Assembly (NCBI GenBank): GCA_030390025.1
Contig: CM059432.1
Location: forward strand, 35,156,001-35,220,000
Source of the DNA: Squalus acanthias
Taxonomy: Eukaryota
DNA: 64,000 nt
Direction: 5' to 3'
The stretch's first letter is position 1, and the number at the start of each line of letters is the position of its first letter. The notes under the pieces are model-generated. The model saw nothing but the letters and a program-made list of their open reading frames with translations, did no database searches and had not been told where the DNA came from. Below are positions 47,922 through 62,175 of this stretch, in pieces. The position numbers and the translations under genes are program-made.

Positions 47922-49280
47922 TGAACTAGAAAATTTCATTCACTTTGCTTCCAAATTCCACCCTTCCCTCACCTTCACATGGTCCATCTGCGACTCTTTC
48001 CTTCCCTTCCTCGACTTCTCTGTCTCCATTCCTGGGGATAGGCTATCGACAAACATTCACTACAAGACCACTACCTCCCACAGCTACCTGGACTACACGT
48101 CCTCCCACCCAGCTTCCTGTAAGGACTCTATTCCATTCTCCCAGTTTCTCCGTCTCCGCTGCATCTGCTCTGACGACGCCAACTTCCATACTAGTGCTTC
48201 CGACATGTCTTCCTTTTTCCTCAACTGAGGACTCCCCTCTGGTTGACATGGCCCTCGACCGTGTCCGTTCCATTTCCCGCACTTCTGCTCTCACCCCTTC
48301 CCCTCCCTCCCAGAACCATGAAAGGGTTCCCCTTGTCCTCACCTTTCACCCCACCAGCCTCCACTTTCAACGGAACATTCTCCGCCATTTCTGCCACCTG
48401 GCGTGATCCTACCACCAAACACATCTTCCCCTCACCTCCCCTTTCAGCATTGCGAAGGGACTGCTCCCTCTGCAACACCCTGGTCCAGTCCTCTATCACC
48501 CCCAACACCCCTTCCCCTTCCCACGGCACCTTCCCGTCAAGCGCAGGAGATGCAACACATGCCCTTTCACCTCCTCCCTTCCCACTGTCCAGGGACCCCA
48601 AACACTCCTTCCAGGTGAAACAGCGATTTACTTGTACTTCTTGCAATTTAGTATACTGTATTCAGTGCTCACGATGCGGTCTCCTCTACATTGGGGAGAC
48701 CAAACGCAGATTGGGTGACTGCTTTGTGGAACACCTCCGTTCAGTCCGTAAGTGTGACCCCGAGCTTCCAGTTGCCTGTCACTTTAATTCTCCACTCCAC
48801 TCCCACTCTGACCTTGAGAAACAGCACCTCATCTTTCGATTTGGCACTTTACAGCCTTCTGGACTCAACATCGAGTTCAGCAATTTCAGACCATAACTTC
48901 TGCCCCTATTTTTTCACGTGGCAGCTGTTGAAGTTTCTGCTATTCCCATTTACACCTCTTCTAGACTCATCTTTTGTTTCTTTACTTGTTCCATTACCAT
49001 CTCCTTTTGCTTTGTACTATCATCCCTGTTGTCATTTAATCACTCCTGCCTTCTACCCTATCACAGACCTTCCCTTTTGTTCTTTCCTCCCCTTTCCCTG
49101 CCCCTGCACTTGCTTAAAATCTGTTACATCTCTAAATTTTTCCAGTTCTGTCAAAAGGTCATCGACCTGAAATGTTAACTCTGTTTCTCTCTCCATATCT
49201 GCTGACCTGACCTGCTGAGTATTTCCAGCATTTTCTGTCTTTATTTCAGATTTCCAGCATCTGCAGTATTTTGCTTTTGA
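47922..49280 (+). mobile_element. Decayed Penelope-like element (RT C-terminus, GIY-YIG, pLTR with degenerate hammerhead at 49144-49180)
   Basis: VPLVLTFHP; NLVYCIQCSRCGLLYIGETKRRLGD; terminus matches 44742-44872; possible TSD CCAGTTC. Confidence 0.85.
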
Positions 49281-49427
49281 ACCAGTTCCCTACTCCCTCG
49301 TTTGGGACTGTAAAGTAGATTAGCACAGGTATGGCTGTCAAATCAAATAGCCAGCTCAATTCAGACTTCACCAATTCCATAAAGCAGACAATTGCAAGTC
49401 CCCACCCTCAGGTCCATTTAACAGATG

Positions 49428-49692
49428 CCACAGCAATGTGATAATGACCAGATAATCTGGTTTTTTTGTAATATTGGTTGAGGGATAAATATTGACCTTG
49501 ACATGGGGGAGAATACCTCTGCTCTTTGAAATATTGTCATGGGATCTTTTATGTCCACCTGAGAGGGCAGATGGGGCCTCGGTTTAACATCGCATCTGAA
49601 AGATAGCACCTCAGATAGTGCAGAACTCCCTCAGTATTGCACTAGAGTATCAGCCTAGATTTTGTGCTCAAGTCTCTGGACTGGGGCTTGAA
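49428..49692 (-). mobile_element. Deu-domain SINE
   Basis: Matches 14150-14390. Confidence 0.75.
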
Positions 49693-50460
49693 CAACAACT
49701 TGCATTTATATAGCACCTTTAACGTAGTAAAACATCCCAAGGCGTTTATCAAACAAAATTTGGCGCCGAGCTAAATAAGGAGATATTAGGACAGGTGACC
49801 AAAAACTTGGTCAAAGAGGTAGATTTTATGGAGCGACATAAAGGAGAGAGAGGTCGAGAGGCAGAGAGGCTTAGGGAGGGAAGTCCAGAGCTTAGAGACT
49901 AGACAGCTGAAGGAATCGCCAATGATGGAGCGATTAAAATCGGGGATGTGCAAGAGGCCAGAATTGGAGGAGCACAGATATCTCGGTGGGTTGTAAGGCT
50001 GGAGGAAGTTACAGAGATAGGGAGGAGTGAGGCCATGAAGGGATTTGAAAACAAGGAGGAGAATATTTTTTAATTGGAGCATTGCCGGACCTGGCAGCGA
50101 GCATAGGGGTGAACGGGACTTGGTGCGAGTTAGAATAAGGGCAGCAGAATCTTGGATGAGCTCACATTTATGGAGGGTGGAAGACGGGAGGCCGGCCAGG
50201 AGAGCGTTGGAATAGTCAAGTCTAGAGGTAACGAAGGCATGGATGAGGGTTTCAGCAGCAAATGAGCTGAGGCAGGGGCAAAGATGGGCGATGTTATGGA
50301 GGTGGAAGTAGGCGGTCTTGGTGATAAAGCAGATATGTGGTCGGAAGCTCATCTCGGGGTCAAATAGGACACCAAGGTTGCAAACAGTCTGGTTCAGCCT
50401 CAGGCAGTGAGAGAGTGGGAGTCGGTGGCTAGGGATCAGAGTTCGTGGCGGGGACCGAAG
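49693..50460 (-). mobile_element. L2 LINE 3' fragment
   Basis: ORF 49786-50352 AYFHLHNIAHLCPCLS..AETLIHAFVTSRLDYSNALLAGLP (typical L2 ORF2 C-terminus). Confidence 0.85.
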
Positions 50461-50554
50461 ACAACCTACAACCTTCTGACTTAGAGGTGTGAGTCACAGC
50501 TGACACCTAATTACAAAGAAAAAAATAGCATTACAGAGCCAAAGAACGTTGTAA

Positions 50555-50560
50555 TTTAAT
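50555..50560 (-). promoter_or_regulatory. Candidate polyadenylation signal (ATTAAA) of the conserved actin gene
   Basis: About 690 nt past the stop codon, followed about 30 nt downstream on minus by T-rich TATTTTTTTCTTTGT. Confidence 0.35.
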
Positions 50561-51249
50561 TGGTGCTATTTCTAATTCAGAAAGGAATAAAATGGTTGCA
50601 AGAGTACAATAGTTGGTTTTAGTCAGAGCAGGAAAGCACCACTTAAGGGTGGGGGGCGGTGGGCGGTGGGAAACTGCCAGGCACACCGAGCACTGAAGGA
50701 GCAAAGGCAGGGGACAGGCAGCAAGCAACGGGTTGCTTTTCTAGAGGCCCCCCAATAAGGCATGCCGGATCTTGAACCATCAGGATATAACCATTGTTTA
50801 GGTTTCTCTTTCCATAGATGAACCATCTCAATTTGATTGACAAAACTTCACATCAACATTTGTTTAAAGAGAGGTTGTTGTAGAACACTAGACAGACCAA
50901 CATCTTAAAGTCAACGTTAAGTGGAAACAACAAAGTGATTAAAGAGAGCACACATACAATGCAAGAACTTGGATCAAGCCAGAAAGCTGCTGGAAATTGA
51001 GATAATGAACTGAAAAATCAAGTAGCTTTTAATTTTGTAGCAGGACATGGAAAGGAGCCTCTGAACAATTGGGAGACTCTCAGCATGCAGACTGGAACAC
51101 CCACTATTAGGAACAAAATCAAGAGGAATGTATCCTTTAACGTTCAATACCACTTGGAGAAGTGAAGATAAGATTAGTCAAGCTGCATAACGGAACATTT
51201 TACTTGCGACAATGCCCTGAGCCAATTCAATTCCACTCAAGGAATCAGA

Positions 51250-52254
<1,005 letters not shown>

Positions 52255-52566
52255 CTAGAATAAGAAGAAACATATGGTTAGGAAACAAACGGCTGCTGTC
52301 ACAGAAAAAGTACATCAGGACTTATTTAGCCGGTAAGAAAAATAAAGCACAACCAAACCCATACACACAGTGCCATAAACTGGTGATCAGGAGTGCATTA
52401 AAATTTTGTGATTCTATGGTAATCAGTAACGCTACATTTTTACTAATACCACATAGCAAGTTTTTAATCTCAGAAGAGCCAAAAGATTGTGGAGGAAAGG
52501 GAAATGCAGATGAAGGGCCTCCTTTTAAAAAAAAATAATTCTCGGGAAGTGGGTGTCGCTGGCACT

Positions 52567-54556
52567 ATAAGAACATAAGAAATAGGAGCAGGAGTAGGCC
52601 ATTTGGCCGCTCGAGCCTGCTCCACTATTCAATAAGATTATGGCTGATCTGATCTTGGCCTCAACTCCACCTTCCTGCCCACTCCCTATAACCCTTGATT
52701 CCCCTGTTTTTCAAAAATCTGTCTATCTCCACCTTAAATATATTCAATGACTCAGGCTGCACAGCTCTCTGGGGTAGAGAATTCCAAAGATTCACGATTC
52801 TCTGAGAGAAGAAATTCCTCCTCACCTCCGTTTTAAATGGGCGACCCCTTATTCTGAAACTGTGCCCCCTAGTTCTAGATTCCCCCACGAGGGGAAACAT
52901 CCTCCCTGCATCTACCCTGTCAAGCCCCCTCAGATTCTTATATGTTTCAATAAGATCATCTCTCATTCTTCTAAACTCCAATGAGTATAGACCCAACCTG
53001 CTCAACCTTTCTTCATAAGACAAGCCCTTCATCTCGGGAATTAACCGAGTGAACCTTCTCTGAACTGCCTCCAATGCAAGTATATCCCTCCTTAAATAAG
53101 GAGACCACAACTGCACGCAGTACTCCAGGTGTGGTCTCACCAGCGCCCTGTACAGTTGTAGCAAGACTTCCCTACTTTTATACTCCATCCCCCTTGCAAT
53201 AAAGGCCAATATTCCATTTGCCTTACTAATTACTTGCTGTACCTGAATGCTAACTTTTTGTGTTTCATGTATGAGGACACTCAGATCCCTTTGTACCGCA
53301 GCATTCTGTAGTCTCTCTCCATTTAAATAATATTTTGCTTTTTATTCTTCCTACCAAAGTGGATAACCTCACATTTTCCCACATTATACTCCACCTGCCA
53401 ACTTTTTGCCCACTCACTTAACCTATCTATATCCCTTTGCAGACTCTTTGGGCTCGATTTTGTCAATGGGGACGTGATGGAGGCGGGACTCCCACTTTTT
53501 GGGTTGTAGTCCCGCCTCCATCGATTTGTGGCCAACCCACACTACTTTCCCTTGATTGACCTTGTTAAGCCCGCCCAGTGGGCTCAGCAGGCCAATTAAG
53601 GGACACCTGGATACTGGTGACGTCGGCGATTGACATTTCATCTGTCAAGAGCTTTTGACAGATGAAATATTAGCGTTTGACAGCTCTGTGAAGCTGTCAA
53701 ACACTGACAATCTGTCTTCTAACTTGAGTCCTTCTACTCAGACTCAGAGAGCTCTCCAGACCAGAAAGCAGAGGCTACAGCTTTTGACAGTTCAGCGGGC
53801 ATTCTGCTTTCTGTGCCGGTGAGCTGAGGGACTCCCGAGAACTGAAGGGAGGAAGCCTGGAGGAGAAAGTAAAGGTAAGTAAAACTTATTAAACACTTTA
53901 CGCACACCAAACCCACTTACCTCTGCACTCATGCACCCATCACTCACCTGTACACCGGACATCTCGACCCCTCCAAGCCCTGCAGACCAACGGTCCGCCT
54001 CGCTAACTTGGCGTGGTTTGGAGCTGTCGGGCAGCCCACACTTCAGGGCTAAAAATAGGGATTAGCCAAAAAACTGCCTGTTAACTACCTGTTAACAGGC
54101 AGTTAATTGGCACTAATCCCCTTCCCGCCTCAGGGAGGCGGCTCCCAGCACAGGTCGGGTACCCGCCTCCTGGGACATTGGCATGGGGGCGGGATGGGTA
54201 CGTGCCCCCCGAATCTGCAATTTTCCCACCACTCCTGCCTCCAAACCTGCCTCCACGGGGCTTGGAAATTCGAGCCCTTTGTGTACTCCTCACAACTTGC
54301 TTTCCCACCTATCTTTGTATCGTCAGCAAATTTGGCAACAGTACACTCGGTCCCTTCATCCAAGTCATTAATATAGGTTGTAAATAGTTGAGGCCCCAGC
54401 ACTGATCCCTGTGGCACCCCACTAGTTACAGTTTGCCAACCTGAAAATGACCCATTTATCCCCACTCTCTGTTTTCTGTTAGTTAGCCAATCCTCTATCC
54501 ATACTAATATATTACCCCAACCCCGTGAGCTCTTATCTTGTGCAGTAACCTTTTAT
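52567..54556 (-). mobile_element. CR1 LINE in the actin intron, split by a MITE and itself inserted in a SINE (52525-52564 and 54559-54910)
   Basis: ORFs 52661-53209 and 54130-54465; (CATAAGAA)n tail; SINE tail text GTCGCTGGCA|AGGCTGGCATTTATTG rejoins across it. Confidence 0.85.
53450..54277. mobile_element. Harbinger-type MITE
   Basis: TIRs GGGCTCGATTTT / AAATTCGAGCCC, TSD TTT (53447-53449, 54278-54280). Confidence 0.85.
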
Positions 54557-54920
54557 CCGGCAAGGCTGGCATTTATTGCCCATCCCTAGTTTCCCTGAGA
54601 AGGTGGTGGTGGGCCTTCTTCTTGAACCACTGCAGCCCAGGTAGTATTCATTGTAATGGTTTGATACTAGGGAGTGGCTTGCTAGGCCACTTCAGAGGGC
54701 AGTTAAGAGTCAACCACATTGGTGTGGGACTGGTGTCACATATAGGCCAGACTGGGTAAGTACGGCAGGTTTCCTTCCCTAAAAGGACATTAGTGAACCA
54801 GATAGGTTTTTACAACATTCTGACAGCTTTTTATTTCCAGTTTTTTATATAAAAAAGAATTAAAATTCTTAAATGACCATGTTCTCTGGATTGTTAGTAC
54901 AGTGATATAATATTATTGTC

Positions 54921-55382
54921 AGCCGTGGCTCAGTGGTAGCAATCTCGTCTCAGAGTCAGAACATTGTGGGTTCGAGCCCCGCTCCAGAGACTTCAGCACA
55001 TAATCTAAGCTGACATTTCAGTGCAGAAGTGAGGGAAGTTGGAGGTGCCGTCTTTCAGATGAGACGTTAAACCGAGGTCCCGTCTGCCCTCAGGTGGACA
55101 TAAAAGATCCCGTGGCACTATTTCAAAGAAGAGCAGGGGAGTTCTCCCCGGTGTCCTGGCCAATATTTATCCCTCAAATACATTGCTAAAACAGATTATC
55201 TAATCATTTATTTCATTGTTGTTTAGGGGACCTTGCTGTGCGCAAATTGGCTACTGCATTCCATACAATACAACAGTAACTACACTTCAAAAGTGCTTCA
55301 TTGGTTGTAAAGCGTTTTGGGACATCCTGAGATTGTGAAAGGCGCTATATAAATGCAAGTACAGTACTTCCCTTCTTTCTTT
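54921..55382 (+). mobile_element. Near full-length tRNA-headed Deu-domain SINE (SacSINE1-like)
   Basis: A box TGGCTCAGTGG, B box GGTTCGAGCCC, Deu core, L2-like tail GGCGCTATATAAATGCAAG. Confidence 0.85.
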
Positions 55383-55424
55383 ATAACCACTACACTGCCG
55401 CACTCATGCTACACAAACAAAGCA

Positions 55425-57625
55425 GAAAAGTCACCCGGTCCGGATGGGATGCATCCCAGGTTGCTGAGGTAAGTAAGGGTGGAAAATGCGCTGCCCACAA
55501 TCTTCCCATTTTAAAAAAGGGGAGAGGGATAAACCCGGCAATTACAGGCCAGTCAGCCTAATGTCGATGGTGGGAAACTTTTAGAGACATTAATCCAGGA
55601 CAAAATTAATTGGCACTTGGAAAATTACAGGTTAATAAAAGAAAGCCAGCATGAATTTGATAAATCATGTTTGACTAACTTGCTTGAGTACTTTGATGAA
55701 ATAACGGAGAGGTTTAATGAGGGTAGTGCAGTTGATGTTGTGTATATGGGCCCAAAAATTAGTCTCAGTACGCGAGAGTACGCACTGTGTACTCTCGCGT
55801 ATTCTGTCTCCAATTGCCGGTTTTCTGCATGCACTGCACATGCGCTGAAAACCGGCACTTGGTGAACTCAAAAGGGGGCGGTTCCTAAGTGAACCGCGTG
55901 CGCGCTACAGGCTGTGTGCACGCAGTGCACTTAGTGCTTTGAACGCGCAGGTAAGCATGGAAGATTTTGCACATAAAGAAAGGAGGCGTAAGACCCTCTT
56001 TTAACAAGGTAAGTAGTTAATTAAGTATTATTTTAAAAAATTTCAACAGGTATATCTTTTTTAGAGACTTTAAAGAAAGGCAAGTTTATTTTTATAACTT
56101 TTAAAAAGATTTTAAATTTTTTCAAAAATTTAATTTTTTGTTTAAAGTGGTTAATTTAATAAACTATACTTATTTTATTAATGTGATGGGTTTTTTTTTA
56201 AATTTAATTGAGGTTTAGCTGTTCTTTTGGGGGGGTATAGATTCATAGCTTTGACAGCCCTTGCTGTCAAAACTATGAATGAAAGATGGTGTGCTGCCAT
56301 TGGCTCTAACTGAATCACATGATCCCACAGCTCGCACGAATTAACTGCGTCTGTGGGATACGCACACACTGCACAGCTGCAGCCTTGAAACTAAAGTTCG
56401 TGTGAGCTCAGAAGGAAAAGGCAGGCGCGCAGTGAGATATCGCGGGGAAGCCTTACCCCCGCAGGAAGGCTCCGTCTTTAATTTCTGGGCCATGGACTTG
56501 CAAAAGGAGTTTGATAAAGTACCACATAATAGACTTGTTAGCAAAATTAAAGCCCATGAGGAACAGTGGCTGCATGGATACTAAATTGGCTAAGGGGCAG
56601 AAAGCAGAGAGTAGTGGTGAATGGTTGTTTTTCAGACTGGAGGCTGGTGTGCAGTGGTGTTCCCCAGGGGTCGGTGTTGGGACCACTCCTCTTTTTGATA
56701 TATATTAATGACCTGGACTTGGGTTTAATAGGGCATAATTTCAAAATTTGCTGATGACACAAAACTCATAAATGTAGTAAACAGTGAGGTGGAAAGTAAT
56801 AGACTTCTGGAGGACGTGGACTGGTGAAATGGGCAGACACATGCCAAATAAAATTTAATGCAGAGAAGTGTGAAGTGATTCATTTGGTAGGAAGAATGAG
56901 GAGAGGCAATATAAACCAAATGGTGCAATTTTAAAGTGAGTACAGGAACAGAGAGACCTGGTGGTGTATGTACACAAGTCTTTGAACAAGTTGAGAAGGC
57001 TGTTAAAAAAAGCATACAGGATCTTGGGCTTTATAAATAGAGTACAAAGGCAAGGAAGTTAAATCACTGGTTAAGCCTCAGTTGGAGTAATGTGTCCAAT
57101 TCTGGGCACCACATTTTAGAAAGGACATTAAGGCCTTGGAAAGGGTGCAGATGAGATTTTCTAGAATGATACCAGGAATGAAGGACTTCAGTTGTACAGA
57201 GAGACTAGAGAAGCTAGTGTTGTTCTCCTTAGAGCAGAGAAGGTTAAGGGGGGGATTTAATAGAGGTGTTCAAAATTACAAGGGGTTTTGATAGAATAGA
57301 TAGGAAGAAACTGTTTCTAGTGGCAGAAGGGTCGGTAATCAGAGGACACAGATTTAAGGTAATTGGCAAAAGAACAGTGGCGGCATGAAGAAACTTTTTT
57401 TTTTATACTGCGAGTTGTGATCTGGAATGCACTGGCTGAAAGGGTGGTGGAAGCAGATTCAACAGTAACATTCAAAAGAGAATTGGATAAATACTTGAAG
57501 GGAAAAAAATTACAGGGCTATGAGGAAAGAGCAGGGGAGTGGGATTAATTGGATAGCTCTACCAGAGAGCCGGCACAGGCAGGATGGGCCGAATAGCCTC
57601 CCTCTGTGCTGTATCATTCGATGAT
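55425..57625 (+). mobile_element. Decayed CR1 LINE split by a MITE
   Basis: [57 protein letters not shown]. Confidence 0.85.
55749..56491. mobile_element. Harbinger-type MITE (same family as 60588-61305, opposite orientation)
   Basis: TIRs GGCCCAAAAATT / AATTTCTGGGCC, TSD ATG; subterminal palindrome ACGCGAGAGTAC..GTACTCTCGCGT. Confidence 0.85.
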
Positions 57626-57781
57626 CTAAGAGAAAGACACACATGCAGAGTTCCACACTGCTGACTACCTTATTATTTGTAGGCATGTGTTTGAAACAAT
57701 CCCACTTTCTTCACCTATTTGAGGCAGTTTGTGCAGAATACAATCATGTCCCTTAATATAAACTGAATATCACTATTTTCA

Positions 57782-58040
57782 GGAGCATGGGAACATCATC
57801 ACCTCCAAGTTCCCCTCCAAGTCACACACACCATCCTGACTGGAACATATATCCCCGTTCCTTCATCATTGCTGGGTCAAAATCCTGGGACTCCCTCCCT
57901 AACAGCATTGTAGAAACACCTTCACCGCACGGACTGCAGCAGTTCAAGAAGAAGGCTCACCATCACATTCTCAAGGAATGGGCAATAAATGCCGACCTTG
58001 CCAGAGACACCCGAATCCCAAGAATGAATATTTAAAAAAG
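57782..58040 (+). mobile_element. 3' end of second-family CR1/L2-clade LINE
   Basis: Similar to 47470-47738. Confidence 0.75.
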
Positions 58041-58294
58041 CTTAGTATCTGAAAATAACCTTCACATTGAGTTCCACAATCACTTAATAAAAAAAAATTA
58101 CATTAAAAAAAAAAGTCATGAATTGTTAAGGTCCTTTGACTATTTGTTGATCAAACCTCAAGACAACTATTAAGTGGTTGAGTTATGGCAATCAAGCTTC
58201 AGCACCTACCAATGGATGTCAGGAGGGCAGGATGTCCACTGCTCATGTTGGCAGGAGGAGGAATGCAAATGTGGGAACAGTGAAAGAAGTCCAC

Positions 58295-58800
58295 ATTTCC
58301 AGACTCAACTTTTCCAATGCTCTCCTGGTCAGCCTTACATCTTCCACCCTTCATAAACTTGACCTCATCCAAAACTCTGCTGCCCATTGCCTAACTCACA
58401 CCAAGTCCTGTTCACCCATCACTACCCATGACTTACTTTGACTCCTGGTCCACCAATGCCTCCATTTTAAAATTCTCATCCTCATATTTAAGTCCCTCCA
58501 TGACCTCGCCTCTCACTATCTCTGTAGCCTCCTCCAGCCCCACAACCCTCCGAGAACACTGCGCTCCTCTAACTCTGACCTCTTGTGCATCCCCCCCACT
58601 TCCTTCACCCCAACATTGGCAGCTGTGCATTCAACTGTCTGAGCCCTGATCACTGCAATTTCCTCCCTAACCCTCTCCACCTCATTCTCTCCTCATTTAA
58701 GATGCTCCTTAAAACCTACCTTTTTGATGAAGCTCTTAGTTACCCCGCCTAATATCTCCTTTGGCTCAGTGTCAATTTTTGTCTGATTACGCTCCTGTGA
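58295..58800 (+). mobile_element. L2 LINE 3' fragment
   Basis: SRLNFSNALLVSLTSSTLHKLDLIQNSAAH. Confidence 0.75.
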
Positions 58801-59186
58801 ATCAAATACATACATACATACACATATGGAATTTGCTTAGCTTGTGTATATATATATATATACACACACACACACAAGCTAAGCAGATTTCAAACCTTTA
58901 CCCCCTTGTTCTGTGAAAACCAACGCTCGGTGGCATTGATTATGGGCTTCCAATTTTTGAGCATTATACTTTCCCCTTTAGTGTTCTTCACTCTTTACTT
59001 AACCAGAAGAGAGACAGAGAGACAGAGAAGCACAAGCCATTGAGATGTTGATCGTACTTCCTCAAACAATCATTTAACATGCAGTTTGCTTTCTTGAAGG
59101 GTTTACAAGATGATAGTGGTTAGTGAGTTGAAGGTCTCCCCTCAAAAAAAAAAGACAGTTAAGAGTTAAAAAAAGAAGCCTCTTTA

Positions 59187-59324
<138 letters not shown>

Positions 59325-59429
59325 TCAGAACCTGCTAGAAATCACTGCAGAGAGAGAGAAAAAAACAACACATCAGTACAGAGAGAAAACAGTAACTATT
59401 TTATATTTCCTACTCTCAAATCCTCTTAC

Positions 59430-59541
59430 CTGCTATAAGTAAAATCCACTGTTAAGTCCCTTGCACTCTGAGTGAGGGTATTTATGTGTTTATTGCCCTT
59501 CTCTCCTTAATACTGCACCAGGCTCCAGCTCTTTGACGTCA
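59430..59541 (-). promoter_or_regulatory. Candidate non-coding first exon (about 59455-59430) and promoter of the conserved actin
   Basis: Donor CAG|GTAAGA at 59429 giving a 98-nt 5' UTR intron; TATA-like CATAAATA at 59479-59486; perfect CRE TGACGTCA at 59534-59541. Confidence 0.55.
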
Positions 59542-60587
59542 CAGGGCAGAGGGTGGGAGTTAAAGCTCTCCACCAAATAAAATGGCATTTTTTTTTAAAC
59601 TTAAAAAAAAATGTTGTATGCCTCTAACAATTAAATAAATTTCCTCTCTATTCTGTTGCTGGTTTCTACCTTTTAACTGCGGGGGGAAGGGCTTTGGTTT
59701 TTGAGCAGGTTCTGTTATGATGCCTGTGAGGACCCCCCTCCTAACAACCTGCCAAGTACCATCCAGAGTTGGATGACTTCAATAGAGAGTAAAATCGGAT
59801 GGGGTGTAAAACAGGCGGAAGAGTTGAACTCAGCCATTTCTCACTCGACACGTTAGGTTAAGATTAACACTATATGGTTGGGGCCGTGAAGATAGTGGGG
59901 GAGGATATGTGGATGGGAATCCTGGAAGTACGGGTTTCCCAGACGTCCTGCTAAAATTAACCGCAGGACATCCTTTACATTTTTTTGAGCAGCTTTCCCG
60001 CCCAACAGCCAGCCTGATTGACAGGGCAGGAAAGCAGCCGGAGAGAGGATGCCAGGTAAGTAGGAGATCGCGGGAGGGGGCATGGGGGTGTCGGAGGTCA
60101 TGGGAAGGGTGTGGAAAGTTCAAGATCGGGGGTAGGGGAATCGATCAGGGGGGGTGGGGGGGAGTGGGAGAGCGGGAGGATGGGAGGAGTCGGAGATCGG
60201 GAGGGTCGAGGGAGTCGGAGATCAGTGAGAGGCGATCAGGTGGGGGGAGCCGGAGACCGAGTGGAGTGGGGGAGTTGGAGATCATGGAGGGAGATCGGGT
60301 GGGGGAGTTGGAGATTGGGCGATGGGGGAGTCAGAGATCGCGGAGGGAGTCAGACTATCGCGAGGGAGTCGGAGATCGTGGGGGGTGAGCGGGGCCGGCC
60401 GATCACGGGGTGTGTAAAGAGGTAAGCTTGTTGGCCTGGAGGAAACATTTCTGCTCCCTCTGGCCCACAAGCAGTGCTGTAAATGCACTTACCTCATGAA
60501 TCCGGCCCTTCCCATCTCATTTTACCTGCCAGGTTTTCCGAGCGCCGGGAAACCTGGCCTCCATAGGTTAAAAATAAAAATCTTAAT

Positions 60588-61305
60588 GGCCCAGAAATTG
60601 ATCTCGCTCTGTTCCCGCGGGGGTAAGGAGCAGGCGCGATCTCTCACTCCGCGTTGGCTTTTTCAGATCCAGCTCGCACGAACTTGATGTTCTAGACATC
60701 AGCTGGGCAGTGCTTGCGTATCCCACCGGCGTAGTGAATTCGTGCGAGCTGTGGGATCACATGACTCAGTTAGAGCCAATGGCAGCACACCATCTTCCAT
60801 TCATAAGTTTCACATACGTGCTGTGAAAGCTATGAATCTTACACACCCCCAAAATAACAGTTAAACCTCAATTAAATTTTAAAAAAACCATCACATTAAT
60901 AAAATAAGTATAGTTAAATAAATTAACCATTTTAAATAAAAAATTAAATTTTTGAAAAAATTTATAAACTTACCTGTCTTTAAAGTCTCTAAAAAAGATA
61001 TACCTGTTAAAAAAAATTCAAAATAATACTTAATTCACTACTTACCTTGTTAAAAGTGGGTCTTACTCCTCCTTTTTTCGTTTCTAAAATCTTCCGTCCT
61101 TACCTGCGCGTCCAAAGCACTAAGTGCACAGCGTGCGCGCAGCCTGTAGCGCGCACGCGGTGCACCGAGGAACCACCCCCTTTTCCAAAGACCAAGTGCC
61201 GGTTTTCAGCGCATGCGCAGGGCATGCAGAAAACCGGCAATTGGAGAGAGAATACGCGAGAGTACGCAATGCGTACTCTCGCGCAGCGGGATCAATTTTT
61301 GGCCC
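60588..61305. mobile_element. Harbinger-type MITE
   Basis: TIRs GGCCCAGAAATTG / CAATTTTTGGCCC; imperfect TSD AAT/ATT; reverse complement of 55749-56491. Confidence 0.85.
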
Positions 61306-61381
61306 ATTAAAATGGTGACCCACAGCCTCCTTAAAAGCTTTTACTGACTGACCCAACTCCTCAAAGTGGATTGGTCGCCAG

Positions 61382-61517
61382 CAATGTTCCCTTTAAGCCG
61401 CGCAGCACTCTTGAGCTCCCGCGCAGCCGATGAACCAGATTTTATATTGTACAAATCACGCATGCACAGAATTTTAAAGGGCCCACGCAGCCCAAGAAAA
61501 AATTACAGGGAACATTG
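61382..61517. mobile_element. 136-bp hAT-type MITE
   Basis: TIRs CAATGTTCCCT / AGGGAACATTG, 8-bp TSD GTCGCCAG/ATCACCAG; a similar right end lies at 17120-17181. Confidence 0.75.
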
Positions 61518-61669
61518 ATCACCAGCCCCCCGACCCACCTCCATTAAAACCAGAAGTGGGCGGGTCGGAGCTGGGTTGGGGTCGAGTTTGAGATTTTTTT
61601 AAATTTTACTTTCCACCAGCCCCCAACCCTAGGGGTTAAATTATAGCCTCTCCCACAAGCCCCGCCGCA

Positions 61670-62175
61670 TGGAGAAAGATGGAGACAGAGAGAGAGAAAG
61701 CAAAAGAAACAGACATAGAAAGATGGAGATAGAGAGAGACGGAGACAAACAAAGGCAGAGAAAGAGACAGACACATAAAGATAGAAACAAAAACAGAGTT
61801 AGTGAGAGGGATAAAGAAATAGAGATGAAGAGAGACAGAGAGATAATACATAAAGACAGACAGAAACGAGAGAGAGACAGAGTAGGAGGGAGATAGAGAG
61901 GGACAGAGATATAAATATAGAGTGACAGAAACAAAGAGGAGACAAAGAGATAGTGAGAGACGGGAGAGATAGAAAGCTAGTAAGAAATACAGATTGAAAG
62001 ACAGAAACAGAGTGAGAGATAGAAATGGGGATAGAAGAGAGAGACAGAGAGAGAGAGAAAATGAGAGAAATACAGATATAGCAAGAGGAGAGGAAGAGTG
62101 ACAGTCAGAGACTAAGAGAAATAGAGAGGCAGAGAGAGTGAGTGAGAGGAATATAGGTATAGATGCAGAGAAAGA
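61670..62175. repeat. GA-rich low-complexity tract
   Basis: Degenerate (GA)n/(GACA)n purine-rich sequence. Confidence 0.85.

Larger units (their letters stand above)
59785..61650. mobile_element. MITE-like element with G-rich GGAGATCG repeats, hosting two nested elements
   Basis: 59890-60010 resembles the reverse complement of 46200-46320; host text rejoins across 60588-61305 and 61382-61517; outer ends approximate. Confidence 0.55.

Noticed and set aside
54921..54995. tRNA gene
   Set aside because: A/B boxes run directly into the Deu SINE body; it is a SINE head
58829..58891. 14-bp inverted repeat around a (TA)n(CA)n microsatellite as a miRNA hairpin
   Set aside because: Short stem around simple repeats; more likely a replication fold-back product
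61641..61934. Charged or Ser/Leu-rich ORFs
   Set aside because: Translation of a GA-rich low-complexity tract
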